Assembly: GCF_004010195.1 (NCBI RefSeq)
Contig: NC_057711.1
Span: 75,519,163-75,583,162, forward strand
Reading direction: 5' to 3'
DNA from: Chiloscyllium plagiosum
Lineage: Eukaryota
DNA length: 64,000 bases
The position numbers and the translations under genes are program-made. The notes beneath the pieces were generated by a model. It was not told where the DNA came from, searched no databases, and saw nothing but the letters and a program-made list of their open reading frames with translations. This document shows positions 13,745-27,810 of this stretch, piece by piece (position 1 is the stretch's first letter; each line of letters begins with the position of its first letter).

Positions 13745-14549
13745 GTATGGGTTGCAAATATATTTCAGTAATGAGTAAGGTGTCAGTTAAGTTTTGGGTT
13801 ATGGCAAAAATACTTAAGAGGCAATGCAATCATTTTCTGTGATTACTTTCACAAGCAAGCACAATTATGGAGTCAGTGATACAATGCTCTTATTTCAACT
13901 TTGATCATATCTTCTGTTGTCAAATGATTCGCTTTTATCTTAACCCAATGAAAGTTAAGATGAAATGTAAGACTGAATTGTATAGGCTTATGCTGGTAAA
14001 CATCTGGGCTTTGCTTCCCTGTGAATTTTCCTCTGACATCTACACTGTCACAAGGAATTGAAGGCATTAATGCACGCTAATTCAGGCATTAAGCAACACC
14101 TACCAAACATTCCAGTCAAAGTAACAACTCTTTACCCAATTGGATTAACATACATAACCCTGAAGCTTGTTCATAATTCAAGGCAATCGTTCTGATCCAT
14201 GATGTAGCTCAACACAATCGCCTTTGCCACACCCCCATTAATACCCTTGGATAATAATTTAACTTTTGAAGTTCAGATATCATTCTGGTCAGTCAAACTG
14301 CACTTATCCTTCCTAATGTGTGTGCTCAGAACTGTCAGAGCATGACTGATGTGGTCTATCCAATGCTTTGTATAGCAGGCAGCAGATACATAAGAACACC
14401 ACTACCTGCAAGTTCCCTTCCAAGCACTCACCATCCTGACTTGGAAATATATCACTGTTCCTTCAGTGTAACTGGGTCAAATCCTGGAACTCCATTCCTA
14501 TCAGCATTGTGAGTCTACCTACAGCACAAGGACTGCAGTAGTTCAAGAA

Positions 14550-15206
14550 GTGGAGGCGACAGAGTTGGACTGGGGTGGACAAAGTTAAAAATCACACGAC
14601 ACCAGGTTAGAGTCCAATAGGTTTATTTGGAAGCACTAGCTTTTTGAGCACTGCTCCTTCATCAGGTAACTAGTGGAGTAGAATCATAGCACACAGAACT
14701 TATAGCAAATAATCATAGTATCATACACTGATGTGATATATTGAACAAACCTAGATTGCTGTTAAGTTTTTTATCTTTTAGAATGAGTTGCAGGTTTCAA
14801 TTCATTAATGTGTAGATCCCACATTCAAGACTATCTTTCAAGTCACATTCTTGAGTTAACTTAAGGCTTTATTTTAAAAAAGGTGACATCTCAGCTCAGA
14901 CAATGGATTAAAGGTGTGAGGTTAGAGTCTCTATGTATTCCAATCTTGAGTCAGAGAGGTTCTATTTCCAAAGTAGGAACTTTAAAAATATCACATAGCT
15001 TATAAAAAATATTGACTGCCTATAGGTTGTGTGCTTTTTAAACAAAGTAGAATGTATCTGCCAATACAATTCTGCAAAAGCAAATTCACCCCAGAGATAT
15101 ATGTGTGTGTGTGTGTGTGTGTAAAACGGAGAGAGTGTGAGTGTGTGTGTGCGTGTGTGAGAGTATCTTTTCATAGTATATGAGAGTATATGTGCGCCTG
15201 TGAGAC

Positions 15207-15241
<35 letters not shown>

Positions 15242-15325
15242 TGCAGTGGGGTCACCTGTAGTGTGACATGAACCCAAATTCCCATGGGTACCCAACTTGG
15301 CTATCAGCCTCTGCTCGGCCATTGT
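14550..15325 (-). mobile_element. PLE family 2, 3' portion, nested in a LINE tail
   Basis: Shares its terminus with 3334-3455 and 59200-59435; remnant AEQRLIAKLGTH of a GIY-YIG C-terminus; hammerhead core mutated. Confidence 0.75.
15102..15242. repeat. Interrupted (TG)n microsatellite inside a PLE
   Basis: Visible TG runs. Confidence 0.95.
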
Positions 15326-15454
15326 GTTCAAGAAAGCAGCTTTACACCACCTTGTCGAGGGCAAGTAGGTCAGGCAATAAATGCCGACCCTGCTGACCCA
15401 GCCAGTGATGTCTATGCCTCATAAGTAAATATAAAAAAAGCAAAATTTCTGAAG

Positions 15455-15770
15455 AGCACAGTGGCTCAGTTTTTAGCACTGCTGCCTCACAGCGCCAGGG
15501 ACCCAGGTTTGATTCCTGCCTCAAGTGACTGTCTACGTGGAGTTTGCACACTCTTCCCGTGTCTGTGTGGGTTTCCTCTGGGTGCTCCAGTTTCCTCCCA
15601 CAATCTAAACATGTGCAGGTTAGGTAAATCTGCCATGCTAAATTGCCCATAGTGTTAGGTGTATTAGTCAGTGGAAAATGGGTGTGGGTGGGTTACTCTT
15701 TGAAGGGTCAGTGTGGACTAGTTGGGCCAAATGGTCTGTTCCACACTGCAGAGAACCTAATTTAATCTAA
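15455..15770 (+). mobile_element. HE1-type V-SINE
   Basis: Same head, V domain and tail as the other copies. Confidence 0.85.
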
Positions 15771-15799
15771 AGTTCAGTCCTTTAGAAAAGGAATTAAAA

Positions 15800-16085
15800 A
15801 TAAAGATATGCAGTTATATAACACAAGTTCAAAATATCCCAAAGCACTTTACTAACCTATCAAGTATTTTTGGAAGTGGAATTAATGTTGTAATGTAGGA
15901 TAAGTGGCAAGCAAAATGTGCACAGCAAAACTCTACAACAGGAAAATCTGTTTCTGTACAGTTTATTAAGGGATAAATATTGGTCAGGATACTGGAGGTC
16001 AATTCCTGTGATCTTCTTTGAAATAGTGCCATGGGATCTTTCACATTGACATGACAAAAGAGACAGAGCCTTAATCTCATCCATT
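15800..16085 (-). mobile_element. Deu-domain SINE (SacSINE1/AmnSINE1-like)
   Basis: rc aaagatcccatggcactatttcaaagaaga...aatatttatccctt matches the recalled Deu core. Confidence 0.7.
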
Positions 16086-16899
16086 GTCCCTATTCACTGT
16101 ATTCTGCTGAACAGGCAATGTCTTAAGCAGGTCAGTTATTTCTCTCTTCATTCAACAGCTAAAGTCTCTAATGGGAATTGTTATCTTCTGCTTCTGGAGA
16201 TTGATATAAATAACATTAATAGACATTTACATGTCTACTATATTAGTCACTTCTTTAAAAAATTCATTCAGGTTCCTCAGGTCGAAACTATTCTTCACAA
16301 AGCATGCTGGCTTTCTCATCAGCTAAAACAGAAGATGTTCAGTCACTTCATCCTTAAAATGATAGACTTTCCAAAATGAATGGTAGGCTACTAGTTAATG
16401 ACACACTGGCTTCCCTCTCTTGGCTTATTTAAATAATGGTAGAGTCCAATGTGCACTTTGCTAATCCAAAGGAATGGTCCATGCAAGAGAACTTGGAAAG
16501 ATTATGATTATGATTAGGGCATCAGCAATGTTCTTACCCACTTCCTTTAAACACTTAGAGGGAGCTTTCTTCTACTGGGGATTTGTTATTCTTATTGCCA
16601 TTATTTTCTTCAATTAATTTAATTTGCATACACTCATTTTAGTAATGTCACTCCATCCCTGAAGTGCCATTAGTTTCGTTGGGACATCCAGCATGCAATC
16701 CTAATTCTGCAGAGTAAACAGTGAGGCAAAGTCATTATTTAATGGGTCTATTTTTGTATTTTCACTTGTACTATCATTATTGCCAGTTTTTAAAGGGCCT
16801 ATGAATCTTTTAACAATACAAAGCATCATACAACTGATAAAATTTTTGAGGTGTGTTTTTATATATGTTAACCAACATTATAAATATTAACACACCCTA

Positions 16900-17165
16900 A
16901 GGGGAGGTCATGGCATAAGTGGTATCACTGGGCTAGTATTCCAGAATCATAGATTAATGTCCTGGGGATAATGTTCAAATCCCATGAACCCTTATGTTAA
17001 TATCAATTGTCATAAATCAACCATTTCACTAATGCCCTTTAAGGAAGAAAATTTGCCATCCTTCTCTGGTCTGGAATATACTGTATGACTCATAACTGCC
17101 CTCTAGGCAATAAGGTCTGGGAAACAAATGCTCATCTACCAACACCCACATCCTTTAAGCATATT
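16900..17165 (+). mobile_element. tRNA-derived SINE with LINE-like tail
   Basis: gtggtatcactgggctagtattccag...gttcaaatccc...tcactaatgccctttaaggaag; a second copy lies at 31510-31850 on -. Confidence 0.65.
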
Positions 17166-18480
17166 TTTAAAAGAAACTTATATGCAGATAATTGGGTTCT
17201 TGAGAGATAGAAAACTTGAGGTTTATTTATAACTATTTACAAGGCTGCAAATCACAGGCATACACAGCTAACTGATATTATGTTACAATATTATACACAC
17301 AATAAAGGGATGTCACATGCTGGGATGTCATATGACTGTCTAAAAGGTTTAGGCTTCTCTGATCTGAAATCTGTGCCATACTACAACAGGTTTAGTCAGG
17401 GGTTTTGGTTGCTTAGTGAATAGATGCACCAACTGACATTTTCCTGAGCTGTACAGTTCTGGAAGGTTCCAGTTTACTTGCACAGTCTGTGCTAAATCAG
17501 CTGCCGGCTGAAACATCAGCAGTAAAAGTACTACAATTGGCATCAGTTATGGCATGAAATGCCCTCCCTAAAAAAATGGTGTTAGGACATTCAATCGTAA
17601 CTTCTAAGAGAGTTGAACATTGCTGGACTGTGCAGAAAGAGCAGAGAAGTTTAATTAATTACATAACTCCTTACAAATGACAAGGATTATTTGAAGATAA
17701 TGTAATTTGTGATATAGTAGACTATGAACTCATGATTCTACAAACAATGATTCTGTGGTCTTGACTGCAGAAAGAGCAAACCTTCCTTCTCCTAATCTCT
17801 GTTTATGGTTTTACCTGTTATAAAATAAGCATGCCTGATAAGAAAGTGATCTTTCTCAACGGTAATGTCTTCATCATTTGAATAACAGAATTTGACTAGA
17901 TAACATAATATTGGGAAATATACCACAGCAACAGTCACTGCCTTCAAGAGACGAGGAAAGAGGAGTAAACTGGAAGGAAATAGAATGTCCAATGCACCAT
18001 AATTCTGGAATAACTAGAATATTTAAACAAGTTTCTTAAAATTATATAGGTGTACTGGTGAAGAAAAATACTTAAAATGTTGTCCTTGAGATGAACATAA
18101 AATAACAATGCAATGTCATGTAAAATGACAACATTTTCATATCATTTCCCCATAATGTTTAACAATAATAACTTGGGACACATGGCCTTTGAAATTACCA
18201 AAGTACTATTCATCTCATGAAACAAACTTTGTTAAATTCATGTTAGGCAAGTAGACATTTGACAAGTCTTTAAAGATTTGTATATTTCTTTCTAGGAACC
18301 TATCTGTGCACCTTCGTATCTTTTCTCAGCTTTGATCAGCATTCTGTTCAAGTTTTCAATTCATTCTGTTCAAGTTTTCCATGCATTCAGATTTCACATT
18401 AGGAAATCAGCTTAAACTTAGCAAATTGTTAGGAATTCTTTAGCTTTAAAGTTGGTAATTTAAATTAAGCATCTTCTTAA

Positions 18481-18684
<204 letters not shown>

Positions 18685-18699
18685 TAATTATAATTTGAG

Positions 18700-19790
18700 A
18701 TGATTCCAGTATGACCAGTGAGCCTGATGTCGGTGGTGGGCAAGTTGTTGGAGGGAATCCTGAGGGACAAGATGTACATGTATTTGGAAAGGTGAGGACT
18801 GATTAGGGACAGTCAACATGGCTTTGTGCATAGGAAATCATGTCTCACAAACTTGATTAAGTTTTTTGAGGAAGCAACAAAGAGGATTGATGAGGGCAGA
18901 GTGGTAGATGTGATCTATATGGACTTCAGTAAGGCGTTCGACAAGGTTCCCCATGGGAGACTGTAGCAAGGTTAGATTGCATGGAATACAGGGAGAACTA
19001 GCCATTTGGATACAGAACTGGCTCAAAGGTAGAAGACAAAGGGTGGTGGTGGAGGGTTGTTTTTCAGACTGTAGGCCTTTGACGAGTGGAGTGCCACAAG
19101 CATCGGTGCTGGGTCCTCTACTTTTTGTCATTTACATAAATGATTTGGACAAAGAGACCTTGGAGTGCAGATTCATAGCTCCTTGAAAGTGGAGTCGCAG
19201 GTAGATAAGATAGTGAAGAAGGTGTTTGGTATGCTTTCCTTCATTGGCCAGAATATTGAATACAGGAGTTGGGAGGTCATGTTGCAGCTGTACAGGACAT
19301 TGGTTAGGCCACTGTTGGAATATTGCGTTCAATTCTGGTCTCCTTCTTATTGGAAAGACGTTACGAAACTTGAAAGTGTTCAGAAAAGATTTACAAGGAT
19401 GTTGCCAGGTTTGGAGGATTTGAGCTGTACGGAGAGGCTGAACAGGCTGGGGCTGTTTTCCTTGGAGCGTCAGAGGCTGAGGGGTGACCTTATAGAGATT
19501 TACAAAATTATGATGGGCATGGATAGGGTGAATAGGCAAAGTCTTTTCCCTGGGATCGGGGAGTCCAGAACTAGAGGGCATAGGTTTAGGGTGAGAGGTG
19601 AAAGATATAAAAGAGACCTATGGGGCAATGCTTTCACAAAGAAGGTGGTACATGTATGGAATGAGTTGCCAGAGGAAGTGGTGGAGGCTGGTACAATTGC
19701 AACACTAGATTGGGTTGGGATATCTGGTCGGCATGGACGGGTTGGACCGAAGGGTCTGTTTCTATGCTGAACATCCCTATGACTATATAG
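18700..19790 (+). mobile_element. HER1/CR1 LINE RT and 3' end with an internal deletion near 19150
   Basis: [42 protein letters not shown] and YRTLVRPLLEYCVQFWSP motifs. Confidence 0.92.
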
Positions 19791-20809
19791 ATTTCAATAA
19801 TACCACACCTTCAAGCAATGGAAGCTAAATAAAATTAATCTAAAACATCTTTGTGTATTAAAAGATAATCTGAATAAAAGTAAAACAAGATCACGAGGCC
19901 TGTAAGAGTGCAATTCAGAAGATCAGAGAGTTGATAACAAGGGAACTAGTTATACTTGCCTTAATAATCTTTTCTTGTAGCAACTGTGCCATTGGACTGA
20001 ACTGTATAATTGTTACATTACTCTTACACAGTAAGAGTTAAGGTTAGTGAATTGCCCCTGTCTTAGGTCTGGTTATCTGCAGGGTGTAACTTCAAAAGAT
20101 TAATGAATCCATGGTGCTAGAGAAAGGGCAGACTTGCTTCCAAAGCATAGAGGTACATCACCTTTTAATCTTTGACCAATCAGAAAAATGTGGCCAAGCA
20201 TGTGCCAGAATTTAAAATTGATATTGTTAACAAACAAGGCTCCCCCCAATGGCTCAGACTCTTAAAGGTAACTTTCACACACTGTTAAGAGTCCATAATA
20301 TGAAATGAAATTAGTGTCACTGAGAATGGGACAGTGGAGCACAGTCAGCATAGATTTGTATAAAAGTTTGATTTTAACTAATTCGGTTGAATGTTTTGAG
20401 AAAGTCATGAAGTGCATAAATCAAGGCAATTAGTTGAATAATGTATGTATAAATTTGCAGAAGATGCTTTACATGATGCCACATAAGAGATGTTTCACCA
20501 GTCTGAAAAACAAATTATTAAAAGAATTGTACTTGTCAACCATTAGAAATAAACTTTACCCATCTAATCTTCTGTCTTCAATGAGGACAATGATAAAAGA
20601 ATGTCAATGGGTCAGATAAAAGAAATGGAGGGAATGAGATGTTTCTTAGCCTGACTAGGAATGGTGTGTTCCCAGGATCTGCACAAAGATCCCCTTTCTA
20701 TAAAATACACATTGGTAACCAGAATAATGGAAAGTAAATGTTAGCATTCTGAACAAAATAAAGAATACTCTTTGAAGGTGGGTAAAAGGGAAAGTGGGGA
20801 CTGAATTTG

Positions 20810-21170
20810 GTCAGTTTGTTCAGTTGGCTGGACAGCTTGCTTGCAGTGATGACTGCAGCGACTTGTGGGTTCAATTTCTATACAGGCAGAGGTCACCATG
20901 AAGGTCCTGCCTTCTCAATTGCACCCTCGCCTGAAACATGATGACCAAACTTCCCTCTATGTTATGTGGCCATGCAGATACATTGAGTGTCCATGCACAC
21001 CAATTGGTGTGTCAACGCCATTTCAAGTGTTGATTTCTAGGTTTGGTATACATGGACCTCGGAGGTCCACATATTAGAGTGAATGTAGGTGGTGATGCTC
21101 AGTTAAAACACACCACCATTTATATCTTTCTATTGGAACAGTAGTCTGTGGTCCTCTGGGGTTATAACGA
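20810..21170 (+). mobile_element. tRNA-derived SINE interrupted by a ~140-bp insertion
   Basis: tcagttggctggacag...gtgggttcaatt head; body resumes near 21095. Confidence 0.5.
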
Positions 21171-21549
21171 CAGTCAGGAAATGAATTTCCACAGAGATTC
21201 TTGGGGTCTCCAGGGCTCTTCCTTCAAGACTTTACAGAAAAATCCCTATACACTCCTGAAGATTTTAATTGGTGAAATTACAAGGGAAAAAGATCAAAGG
21301 AAAGGCCTGTGCAAGATTGGATATTGTATGTAGGACCATTAAGTATAATTTTAAAATAAAGAATTTGTCAAGGTTTTGAGTAGACCACCTGATTAAACTA
21401 AACATGGGACCTTTTTGGTGACAGCTTTATAAAATAAGTTAAGATATTTCTCAGCATTAACCGGTCTGCATGAATGTTAGTTAGCATTGTAGTAAATTGC
21501 GTGTCAGTGACCCTTTTCACTGAAACTTGAATGTTTTGGTGAGCTTTAG

Positions 21550-21990
21550 AGTCAAGTCATTTACAGTACCGAAGTAAACCATCTTGCTCATTAAGTCTAT
21601 GCCAGCTCTCTGCAGGACAATACAGTCAGTTTATCTCCAGCTTAATCCTCATAACCCTTCAATTTCCTTTTGAACTCATTATTTCTGCTTTCACCATCCT
21701 TAAGGGTAATGATTTCCAAGTCATTACTAACAATTGCATAAAAGTTGTTCTTCCTCATATTTCTCGTGAAATGAAAACATTTAATGCATGTCACATGGTT
21801 CTTGTACCAACAACTAATTGAAAGAGATTCTCCTTATCTACCTTATCTGAGCCTGTCATAATTTTGAACACATTTATCAAATCACCCATCAATCTCTGTT
21901 TCTCAAAGTTAGACAACCTCAGCTTTTCTAACCTAACCTTGTAATTAAAATTTCCCCAACCCTGGAACTATTCTGAATCCTTTCCACAAA
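21550..21990 (-). mobile_element. Old CR1 3' end
   Basis: Degenerate similarity to the other minus-strand CR1 tails in the window. Confidence 0.55.
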
Positions 21991-22299
21991 ATATCTAGTC
22001 CTGCTGACTTTTGTTGAGTGTAGTACAAAATGTAAACCACTCTAATGCACCACCTATGCCACACCAGGTGCCACTTTCTATGCTGGTAAGAGGCTGAATG
22101 AATGCATCTCTTTGTGGTGTTCTCTCCCTTATTCTTTGAGGCAGAAAGATCAAAGTTATCTAAAGGACCTATCAAAAGAGAAGAACAAAAAGGATAGCAT
22201 TTAGTGGTAAAGGTAAACAGTAGCAGATGAATGCCAGCACAAACCATTATCCTGCTTTGATAGCATGAATGTATCAGAGATAGAGTTGATTAGACTATG

Positions 22300-22572
22300 G
22301 GAGGCATGATGGCATAATGGTTAACAGAACTGCCTCTCAGCACCAGGAACCCCGATTCGATTCCAGCCTTGTGTCTGTATGGAGTTTGCATGTTCTTCCT
22401 GTGTGCTTTGGGGGGGGGGGGGGGGGGGTGTTCCAGTTTCCTCCCACAATCCAAAGATGTGAGGTAACAAGGATAGGATGAGGGGGCTGGGACTTTTGTG
22501 TTGGATGTTCTTTGGAGAGTCAGTGTGGACCCAATGGGTCAAATGGCCTCAATCTGCACTATAGGGGTTCTA
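22300..22572 (+). mobile_element. HE1-type V-SINE, degenerate, with internal poly-G
   Basis: ggagtttgcatgttc...tttcctcccacaatccaaagatgtg. Confidence 0.75.
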
Positions 22573-23918
22573 GAGGAAAAGAAGGAAAAGAGAAATCCTA
22601 AATAGCTGTAATGTCGGACCTCCAGTTTGGGCATCTCCAGTACTGTGTTCTCCTCTGCTCCTGATACTGACAGTGGCCCCCTTCCATCAGTCTGAGATAG
22701 AACTTCTTCCTCTTCCCATCCTTGATTTCCCAACTGTTTTCTCCCATCTTCTTATGCAGAAGAATAGAAGCAGATTAATGCATGTTGTGCTGTAGGTGTT
22801 TTCAAACTATGTGAGGCATCTTAGCATAACGTATACAATGACAAGGAGAAGCAGCAAGTTTGATCAAGAATGGATAATTGATGTGAGAGTGGTCCCAGGT
22901 TTTGAATGTGAGTACAAATAGAAAGAAGCTAATGTTCCATGCTATCTTGAGGAAACAGCTAAGAAACAGAAAAAGGAAGCATTGATACTGCTAGACAAAA
23001 TCTAAAGTTATGAATAATTGTCTAGAGAATAAATGCGCTGTGAAGGGAATCTTGACACTGTTTGTGAGATCATTAATTATTTCTTCGAGACTTTCACTCA
23101 GGTCCTAGGGCCAGTTCTTCTTGTATCTACATGACTTGTCATCACTGCCCATACCTACTGAATTATTTGAATTTTAATCAGATGGAAGGCATGATTTTAT
23201 TTTTATTAACTGGTGGGACATAGACGGTACTGACTGTCTGACTGACATTGCTGCTGCCCTTCTTGAACTGCTGGAGTCAATGTGCTGTATGTAGACCCAC
23301 AATGCTGTTAGAGAGGGAATTCCAGGAGGTTGACCCAGCAACAGTAAAGGAACAGTGATCTGTTTCCAAGTCAGCATGGTGAGTGATTTGGAGAGGAACT
23401 TGCAGGTGTTGGGGTTCCCAAATGGCTAATGAAATTGTATTTTGTTATGAAAGTACTTGAATGAATGTGGAAAAGAGAATGCTGCTTCTTGCTGCTGATG
23501 TTCTTTAAACATCTCCATTGCTGTATCTAAGGTCAAAGTCATTTTCCCTACTGCTTCAGTATATTAGCTATCCCCCAATCAAAAATGTTTCATCCCTTTA
23601 AGGCTGCTACGGTAGCTTTTAAGTAGCAATTGAATTCTTGACCTCAAATAACTAATCCTGGCTATTCACCGATTCTGAATCGTTTCACAACAATGACTCT
23701 TGCAGACAGCTGGAGCTCACTACAACCATTATGTTATACAAAAACTGGCCCTATTACTTTCTGAAGTATTAGCTTGCCATGCTGTTATATTGCTACTCCA
23801 TGAAATAAGATTGATTTCTCTAAATTAGTATTGATAGAATTTAAAGAAGTGTCACTCATATATATGTTTAGTTGATTTGGTAATATTGATTGTAACGTTC
23901 ATATCTATTTCCTTTCAG

Positions 23919-24029
23919 GATGTGATGACCTAGTCAATGCTATATTTGACTTTGCTAAGAGTTTGTGCTCCCTTCAGCTGACCGAGGAAGAAATTGCTTT
24001 GTTTTCAGCTGCTGTTCTGATATCACCAG
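23919..24029 (+). CDS. RORB: RORB coding exon (LBD helix 7-8), (G)[36 protein letters not shown](D)
   Basis: tttcAG|GATGT...CCAG|GTtagt; 111 nt; frame continuous with neighbouring exons. Confidence 0.96.
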
Positions 24030-24044
24030 GTTAGTGCCTTTATG

Positions 24045-24133
24045 GATTAGAGTGGTGCTGGAAAAGCACAGCAGTTCAGGCAGCATCCGAGGAGCAGGAA
24101 AATCGACGTTTTGGGCAAAAGCCCTTCATCAGG
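24045..24133 (-). mobile_element. PLE family 1 fragment ~15 nt downstream of a RORB splice donor
   Basis: gtggtgctggaaaagcacagcag...gcccttcatcagg; hammerhead GAAA mutated to AAAA. Confidence 0.75.
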
Positions 24134-24159
24134 TTTTTATGTACAAGTGTTTTTAAATT

Positions 24160-26400
24160 ATTGTATTTGGAATTAAAAGGTACTCCAGTTTATCACCTCC
24201 TGATAAAGGAGCCTTTAGCTGACAGTGAACACAACATGATAGAACTTAATATTTATTCTGAAAGTGAGAAAAGTGTGTCCATGAGAAATGTTTTAAAGCT
24301 AAATAAAGATAACTACGAGGGTATAAAGGTAGAGTTAGCTCAGGTAAATTAGGGAACGAGATTAAAACATAGGACAATAGAGTTTGTATGGCAGTACTTT
24401 AAGGAGATATATAACTCTGAGCAAAGATTTATCCCAGTGAGAAAGAAAAGGTCTTTGAGAAGGATGCATCATTTGTGACGAAAGACGGAAGATAAGGAGA
24501 GTATGAAACTGGAAGAAACACTGTACAAACTGCAAAGATTAGTGTAGGTCAGAAGATCGGATGGACGTTAAGAACTAACAAAAAGTGACTATAAAGAAGC
24601 AGCAAGTAGAAAATGAGAAGAAGTTAGCTTGTAACATAATAATAGGTTGTAAGAGTTTCTACAAGAATGAGAATAGGATAAAAGTAACTAAAGCCAGTGA
24701 TGATTCTCGAAGGAGTGAGTCTGGGGAATTGATAATTGAAAAATAAAATGGCAGATGCTTTAAAAGGTATTTTCTACCTATAGAAGACTTAAAAAAATTT
24801 CCCAAAGGTAACTGAAAATCAAAAATGGATAGAGGATGAACTTTACAGCTTCAATATTACCAGGGAAAGCATGGTAGGCAAACCATTAGACTTAAAGACT
24901 AACAAGTCCTCAGATCAGGATGACCTGAATCCCAGGGTCTTCAAAGTGTTGGAGTCAAGAATTGTAGTTGCACTGGTTATAATTTTTAAAATTTCTTGGT
25001 TCTGGAATGTTCCCAACAATTTGAAAATAGTAAACATAGCACTCATATTCAAGAAAGAAAGGGGGGAAAAAAGTAAGAAATCGTTGGCTAATTAGTTTAA
25101 CATACTCATACAAAAAAAAGAGCATTGATAAACAAGTCAACAGGATACTTAGAAATCATGAATTGATTAGGTAGAGCCAACATCGATTTGTGAGTCAGAA
25201 GTTGAGTTTAACTGATCAGTTAGACTTTTGGACAATAGATGGAATACTTTGGGTTTGCAGAAGGCATTTGATAAGATTCCACATCACATGACATGGTATA
25301 GGGGGTAACGTATTTGTGTTGATGAAGATTTTATTAGCTAACACAAACCAGATATCTGGGATAAATTTATCTTTTCTGAGTTGGCAAGCTGTAACCAGTG
25401 GAGTGCCAGAGGGGGATTAGTGCTGTGGCCTCAACTATTTACAATCTATGTTAATGATGGATGAAGGGACTGAATGTGCATGCTAAGTTTTCTAGTAACA
25501 TTAAGATAGGTTAAAAAAACATTGTCAGTTGAAGGTAGTGTCTAAAAATGGGTATGGATGCTTTAAGCAAGTTGTCAAAAATTTGACACGTGAACTACAG
25601 TATGAGTCAACATGAACTTGTTTGTTTTAGCTGGAAGAATAGAAAAGCAATATACCATTTAAATAGAGAGAGATTGCAGAACTCGATGGTAAAGAGTGTA
25701 TTGGGTGTCCTGCTACATGAATCACAGAAAGCTAGTGTGCAGGTACAGCAAATGATTATAAAGGTAAATGAAATGTTGCTGTTTACTGTTTATTGAGTGA
25801 ATGGAAAATAAAGTAGGAAAGTTTGACTACAGCTGTACAGGGTGTTGGTTAAACAACATCTAGAGTACCATGTATAGTTTTGGTCTCCTCATTTGAAAAA
25901 TATTAAAATTTCTTGAGCAGCAGTTCAGAGAAAATATACTAAACTGATACTTTGTATGAGGAACTTGACTTATGAGGAAAGATTGAACAGGCTAGGCCTA
26001 CATCTATTGAAGTTTAGAAGATTGATGGGTGATCTTAATGAAATATTTAAGATCTTGAGGGAACTGGATTGAGTGGATAAAGAGAGGTTGTTTTCCACAT
26101 GTGGGTGAGAATAGAACTAGGGGGTGTAGAATATGAATAAGAGGTTTACCCTTAAAGTCAGAGATGAGGGTAAAGTATTTACTGTCAAAGAGTTATTAGA
26201 CTGTGGAATTTACTTCCATAGAAGGTAGTGGAATTTGGCTCTTTAAATTTATTCCATGCTGAGCTAAATTCTCCACAAGGAAGTGGAGGGGTATGGAGTG
26301 GAGGCAGGAAGGGAGAACTGCCACCACAACCAAATCAATCATAATATTATTGAATGGTGTAGCAGGCTTGATGGGCTAAAGGACCAACTCATGTTCCTAA
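24160..26400 (+). mobile_element. Old CR1 LINE ORF2 (endonuclease end to RT to 3' UTR)
   Basis: EPLADSEHNMIE, KSSDQDDLNPRVFK and SGVP-GLVL remnants; many frameshifts. Confidence 0.8.
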
Positions 26401-26490
26401 GTTCATTCACTATTTAAAAGGAAATACCTTATAAAAGAGAAGAGAATGAGTTTTGTGGCTTTACATCTGTATTCTTTCCACTTCCTTCAG

Positions 26491-26603
26491 ATCGACCATG
26501 GTTGATGGAACCAAGGAAGGTTCAAAAGCTACAGGAAAAAGTTTATTTTGCACTACAGCATGTGATTCATAAAAATCACCTGGATGACGACACATTAGCA
26601 AAG
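26491..26603 (+). CDS. RORB: RORB coding exon (LBD helix 9), (D)RPWLMEPRKVQKLQEKVYFALQHVIHKNHLDDDTLAK
   Basis: ccttcAG|ATCGA...GCAAAG|GTattc; 113 nt. Confidence 0.96.
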
Positions 26604-26759
26604 GTATTCTTTGAGTCGCCCCAATTTGTCAAATGGGAGTGTGAAAGTTATGGCAGAAGCATTATATACAGGAAGAAATTTGGCCTGAAAGAAACTGCAT
26701 GAAGTCACTCAGTAATGCCAAAGAAGTGCAAATGAATTTATCTTCATTGTTGTAAACAA

Positions 26760-27800
26760 GATGATTCAATAGTTAGAGGAACAGATAGGTTTATCTGTAG
26801 GTCTAGACATGGCTCCAGTATTTTGCATCCCTGGTTCCAGGTCAAGGAAGTAACAACACAGCCATAGGACTTTTGGGGAAAGGTGAGGAACTAGAGGTTG
26901 TGGCACACATTGGCAACAATGACATAAATCTAAAGAGAGTTGAAGTCCTAAAAGTAAAATTTATTAATCTAGGCAATACACTGAAAAGCAAGACCTCTAA
27001 GCAGCAGGCTCATCATTGTTTGCTGTACCATATATGAGTAAGGATAGAAATAGGAAGTTTGAGCAAAGGAACATGTGGCTAGAAAAATGTAGTGAAAGGG
27101 AAGGCTTCAAATTTCTGAGGTATTCAGTGCAGTTATGGTGTAGGTGCTACCTGCACATGAAGGATCAGAAACAAAAAAATTAAAGTGGAAAGGAGCAAAA
27201 GTAAATCCAAGAGTCAACCTGGGTCAAATTACATGTTATTGTTCAAAAAGCTGTTGATGTCCAAAGGGATTCAGTTGTCCTTGTTCATAAGTCACTGAGA
27301 TCTTGCCAGCAGTAGCACGCAATTTGGAAGGTAAACACTGTGTCATAAGAGCAATTGAACATGGGAGCAAAGGGGTCAATTGCGTATAACATTCATGAGG
27401 CCACAGCTAGAGTATTGTGTGCATTCCTGATCTCCTCACCTATATCCTTGCTATAGAGGGAGTGCAACAAAGCTTCACCAAGCTCTTGCTTGGGACAATG
27501 GGATTGTCTAATGAGACAAATTGCCTTGTCTTCTGTGGATGAATAAGAGGGAATATCATCCAAACTTACAAAACTCTTAAAGGGGTAGATGGGAATAGAT
27601 GCAGAAAAGATGTTTCCCCTGGCTGTGGGATCTAGCACCAGACACGGCCTCAAAATAAAAGGCAAGCCATTTAGGACTGATATGAGGAGGAACATTTTCA
27701 CTCAGAGGAAAGTGAATGTTTGGCATTCTCTACCCAAGTGGGTTGCAAAAGCTCAACATTAAGGAAGAGCTTGATGGATTTCTAGTTACTAATGAGATCA
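26760..27800 (+). mobile_element. CR1 remnants (ORF1 esterase-like VVAHIGNND and RT 3' end)
   Basis: gttgtggcacacattggcaacaatgacata = VVAHIGNNDI; downstream CR1 3' RT similarity. Confidence 0.6.
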
Positions 27801-27810
27801 AGGGATGTTA

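Noticed and set aside
14634-14668. Hammerhead-like motif on - strand (also 24103-24132, 9665-9695, 56360-56393, 34515-34548)
   Set aside because: Core GAAA or helix II is mutated; predicted inactive.
18340-18379. 18-bp direct repeat cattctgttcaagttttc, two copies
   Set aside because: Simple local tandem duplication in an intron; not an array.
19165-19770. 201-aa ORF, the longest in the window
   Set aside because: C-terminal part of a CR1/HER1 reverse transcriptase in a truncated, internally deleted copy; not a host gene.
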